The notes under the pieces: model-generated
Told to the model about the DNA's origin: nothing
Databases searched by the model: none
The model's input: only the letters and a program-made list of their open reading frames with translations
In this document: piece after piece, positions 31,462 through 32,000 of the stretch
How the letters are laid out: every line of letters begins with the position of its first letter
Numbering within the stretch: position 1 is the stretch's first letter
Program-made: the position numbers and the translations under genes
Assembly (NCBI GenBank): GCA_020632335.1
Contig: JACKFV010000001.1
Location: 210,001 to 242,000, forward strand
Reading direction: 5' to 3'
Length of the DNA stretch: 32,000 bases
Source of the DNA: Candidatus Saccharimonadota bacterium
Lineage (GTDB): Bacteria; Patescibacteriota; Gracilibacteria; UBA4473

Positions 31462-32000
31462 CGGGGTTCGCGGTAGATCTCCAGCGTCATCCCCGGGGCG
31501 AACTCGAGGTTCTTGTGCGCGACTTTCATCCCGCATTCCACCCCGGCGTTAGCCTCGCTGACGACCTTCTGCCCCAGCTGCACGCTGCCTACATCCGCCC
31601 GGCCATAGGCCATGAGCCCGTCTTCGCGCTCGCTGGTCTCGCCGTCCTCGGCCTTGCGGAGGATACGCAGCTGCGCCTTGGCCTTCAGCACGCCCACGGT
31701 CACCTCACCACCCAGTACCGCCATGCGCTTATTAGACGCAAACACGGCCTTGATGACAAACTGCCCGAGGATCTCCTCGCCCACTTCTTCCTTCTCGCGC
31801 CCTTCCAAGATGTCCTGAATATGCTCCTGCAGCTGATAAATCACCTCAGACGTGAAGACGCTCACGCCCTGTTGTTCGGCGGTTTTTTTGATCCTTCCGG
31901 GTAGCTCCACACTGAAGCCAATCAGCAGCGCCTGCCCCGCAGAGGCCAGCATCACGTCTGACTCAGTGAAGTCGCCAATGCCCTTGTGCACCACCTTTAC
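31458..32000 (-). CDS. infB: Translation initiation factor IF-2, C-terminal part (gene continues beyond the window)
   Basis: 'VHKGIGDFTESDVMLASA..ALLIGFSV', '..VIYQLQEHIQDILEG' and '..AVLGGEVTVGVLKAKAQLRILR' are the IF-2 C1/C2 domain blocks. The frame is open to base 32000. Confidence 0.9.
   Translation of the reverse strand, partial: VKVVHKGIGDFTESDVMLASAGQALLIGFSVELPGRIKKTAEQQGVSVFTSEVIYQLQEHIQDILEGREKEEVGEEILGQFVIKAVFASNKRMAVLGGEVTVGVLKAKAQLRILRKAEDGETSEREDGLMAYGRADVGSVQLGQKVVSEANAGVECGMKVAHKNLEFAPGMTLEIYREPR

Overview
This is a high-GC, tightly packed bacterial chromosomal segment; coding lines I hand-counted run about 58-62 % G+C. It holds about 40 protein genes and one tRNA. I saw no rRNA, CRISPR array, transposase or integrase.

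Most of the window is housekeeping or envelope biology:
- Left end: an isochorismatase-like hydrolase (5' partial), ccdA, a DUF378 protein, murJ, a DUF1622 protein and a MacB/FtsX-type permease.
- Then rpsT, a 2Fe-2S ferredoxin, and groES-groEL behind a CIRCE operator.
- Then alaX, a DoxX protein, an FtsL-like protein and a Jag/R3H protein.
- A long minus-strand run follows: msrAB, a VOC protein, ftsW, an ABC exporter, a large membrane protein and a GT4 glycosyltransferase.
- Right end: a MacB-type ATPase, the livKHMGF transporter, gatB, tRNA-Phe, a dus gene, a Cys-rich DUF2797-like gene and the 3' end of infB.

Non-routine content:
1. Three sharply AT-rich islets (about 5.1-6.1 kb, 24.5-24.9 kb and 30.1-30.55 kb) each carry an orphan minus-strand ORF. 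The first is bracketed by copies of one 11-16 nt repeat, including a ~70-nt palindrome.
2. The liv operon is interrupted twice. An AT-rich gene for a membrane-tethered winged-helix-like protein lies between livH and livM. A translationally coupled hicB-hicA pair lies between livM and livG.
3. Two probable pseudoenzymes are present: a PP2C-like/TM/beta-propeller protein and a DHH-like protein that has lost its metal ligands.
4. A TTGCC(A/G)-N16/17-TAnnnT element recurs 6-7 nt upstream of several ATGs. Together with the near absence of Shine-Dalgarno sequences, this suggests leaderless mRNAs.

I cannot assign a taxon from this window. The style (compact genes, many small membrane proteins, degenerate enzymes) fits an uncultivated lineage, but that is only an impression. 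All homology calls come from motif recognition by eye, not from searches.
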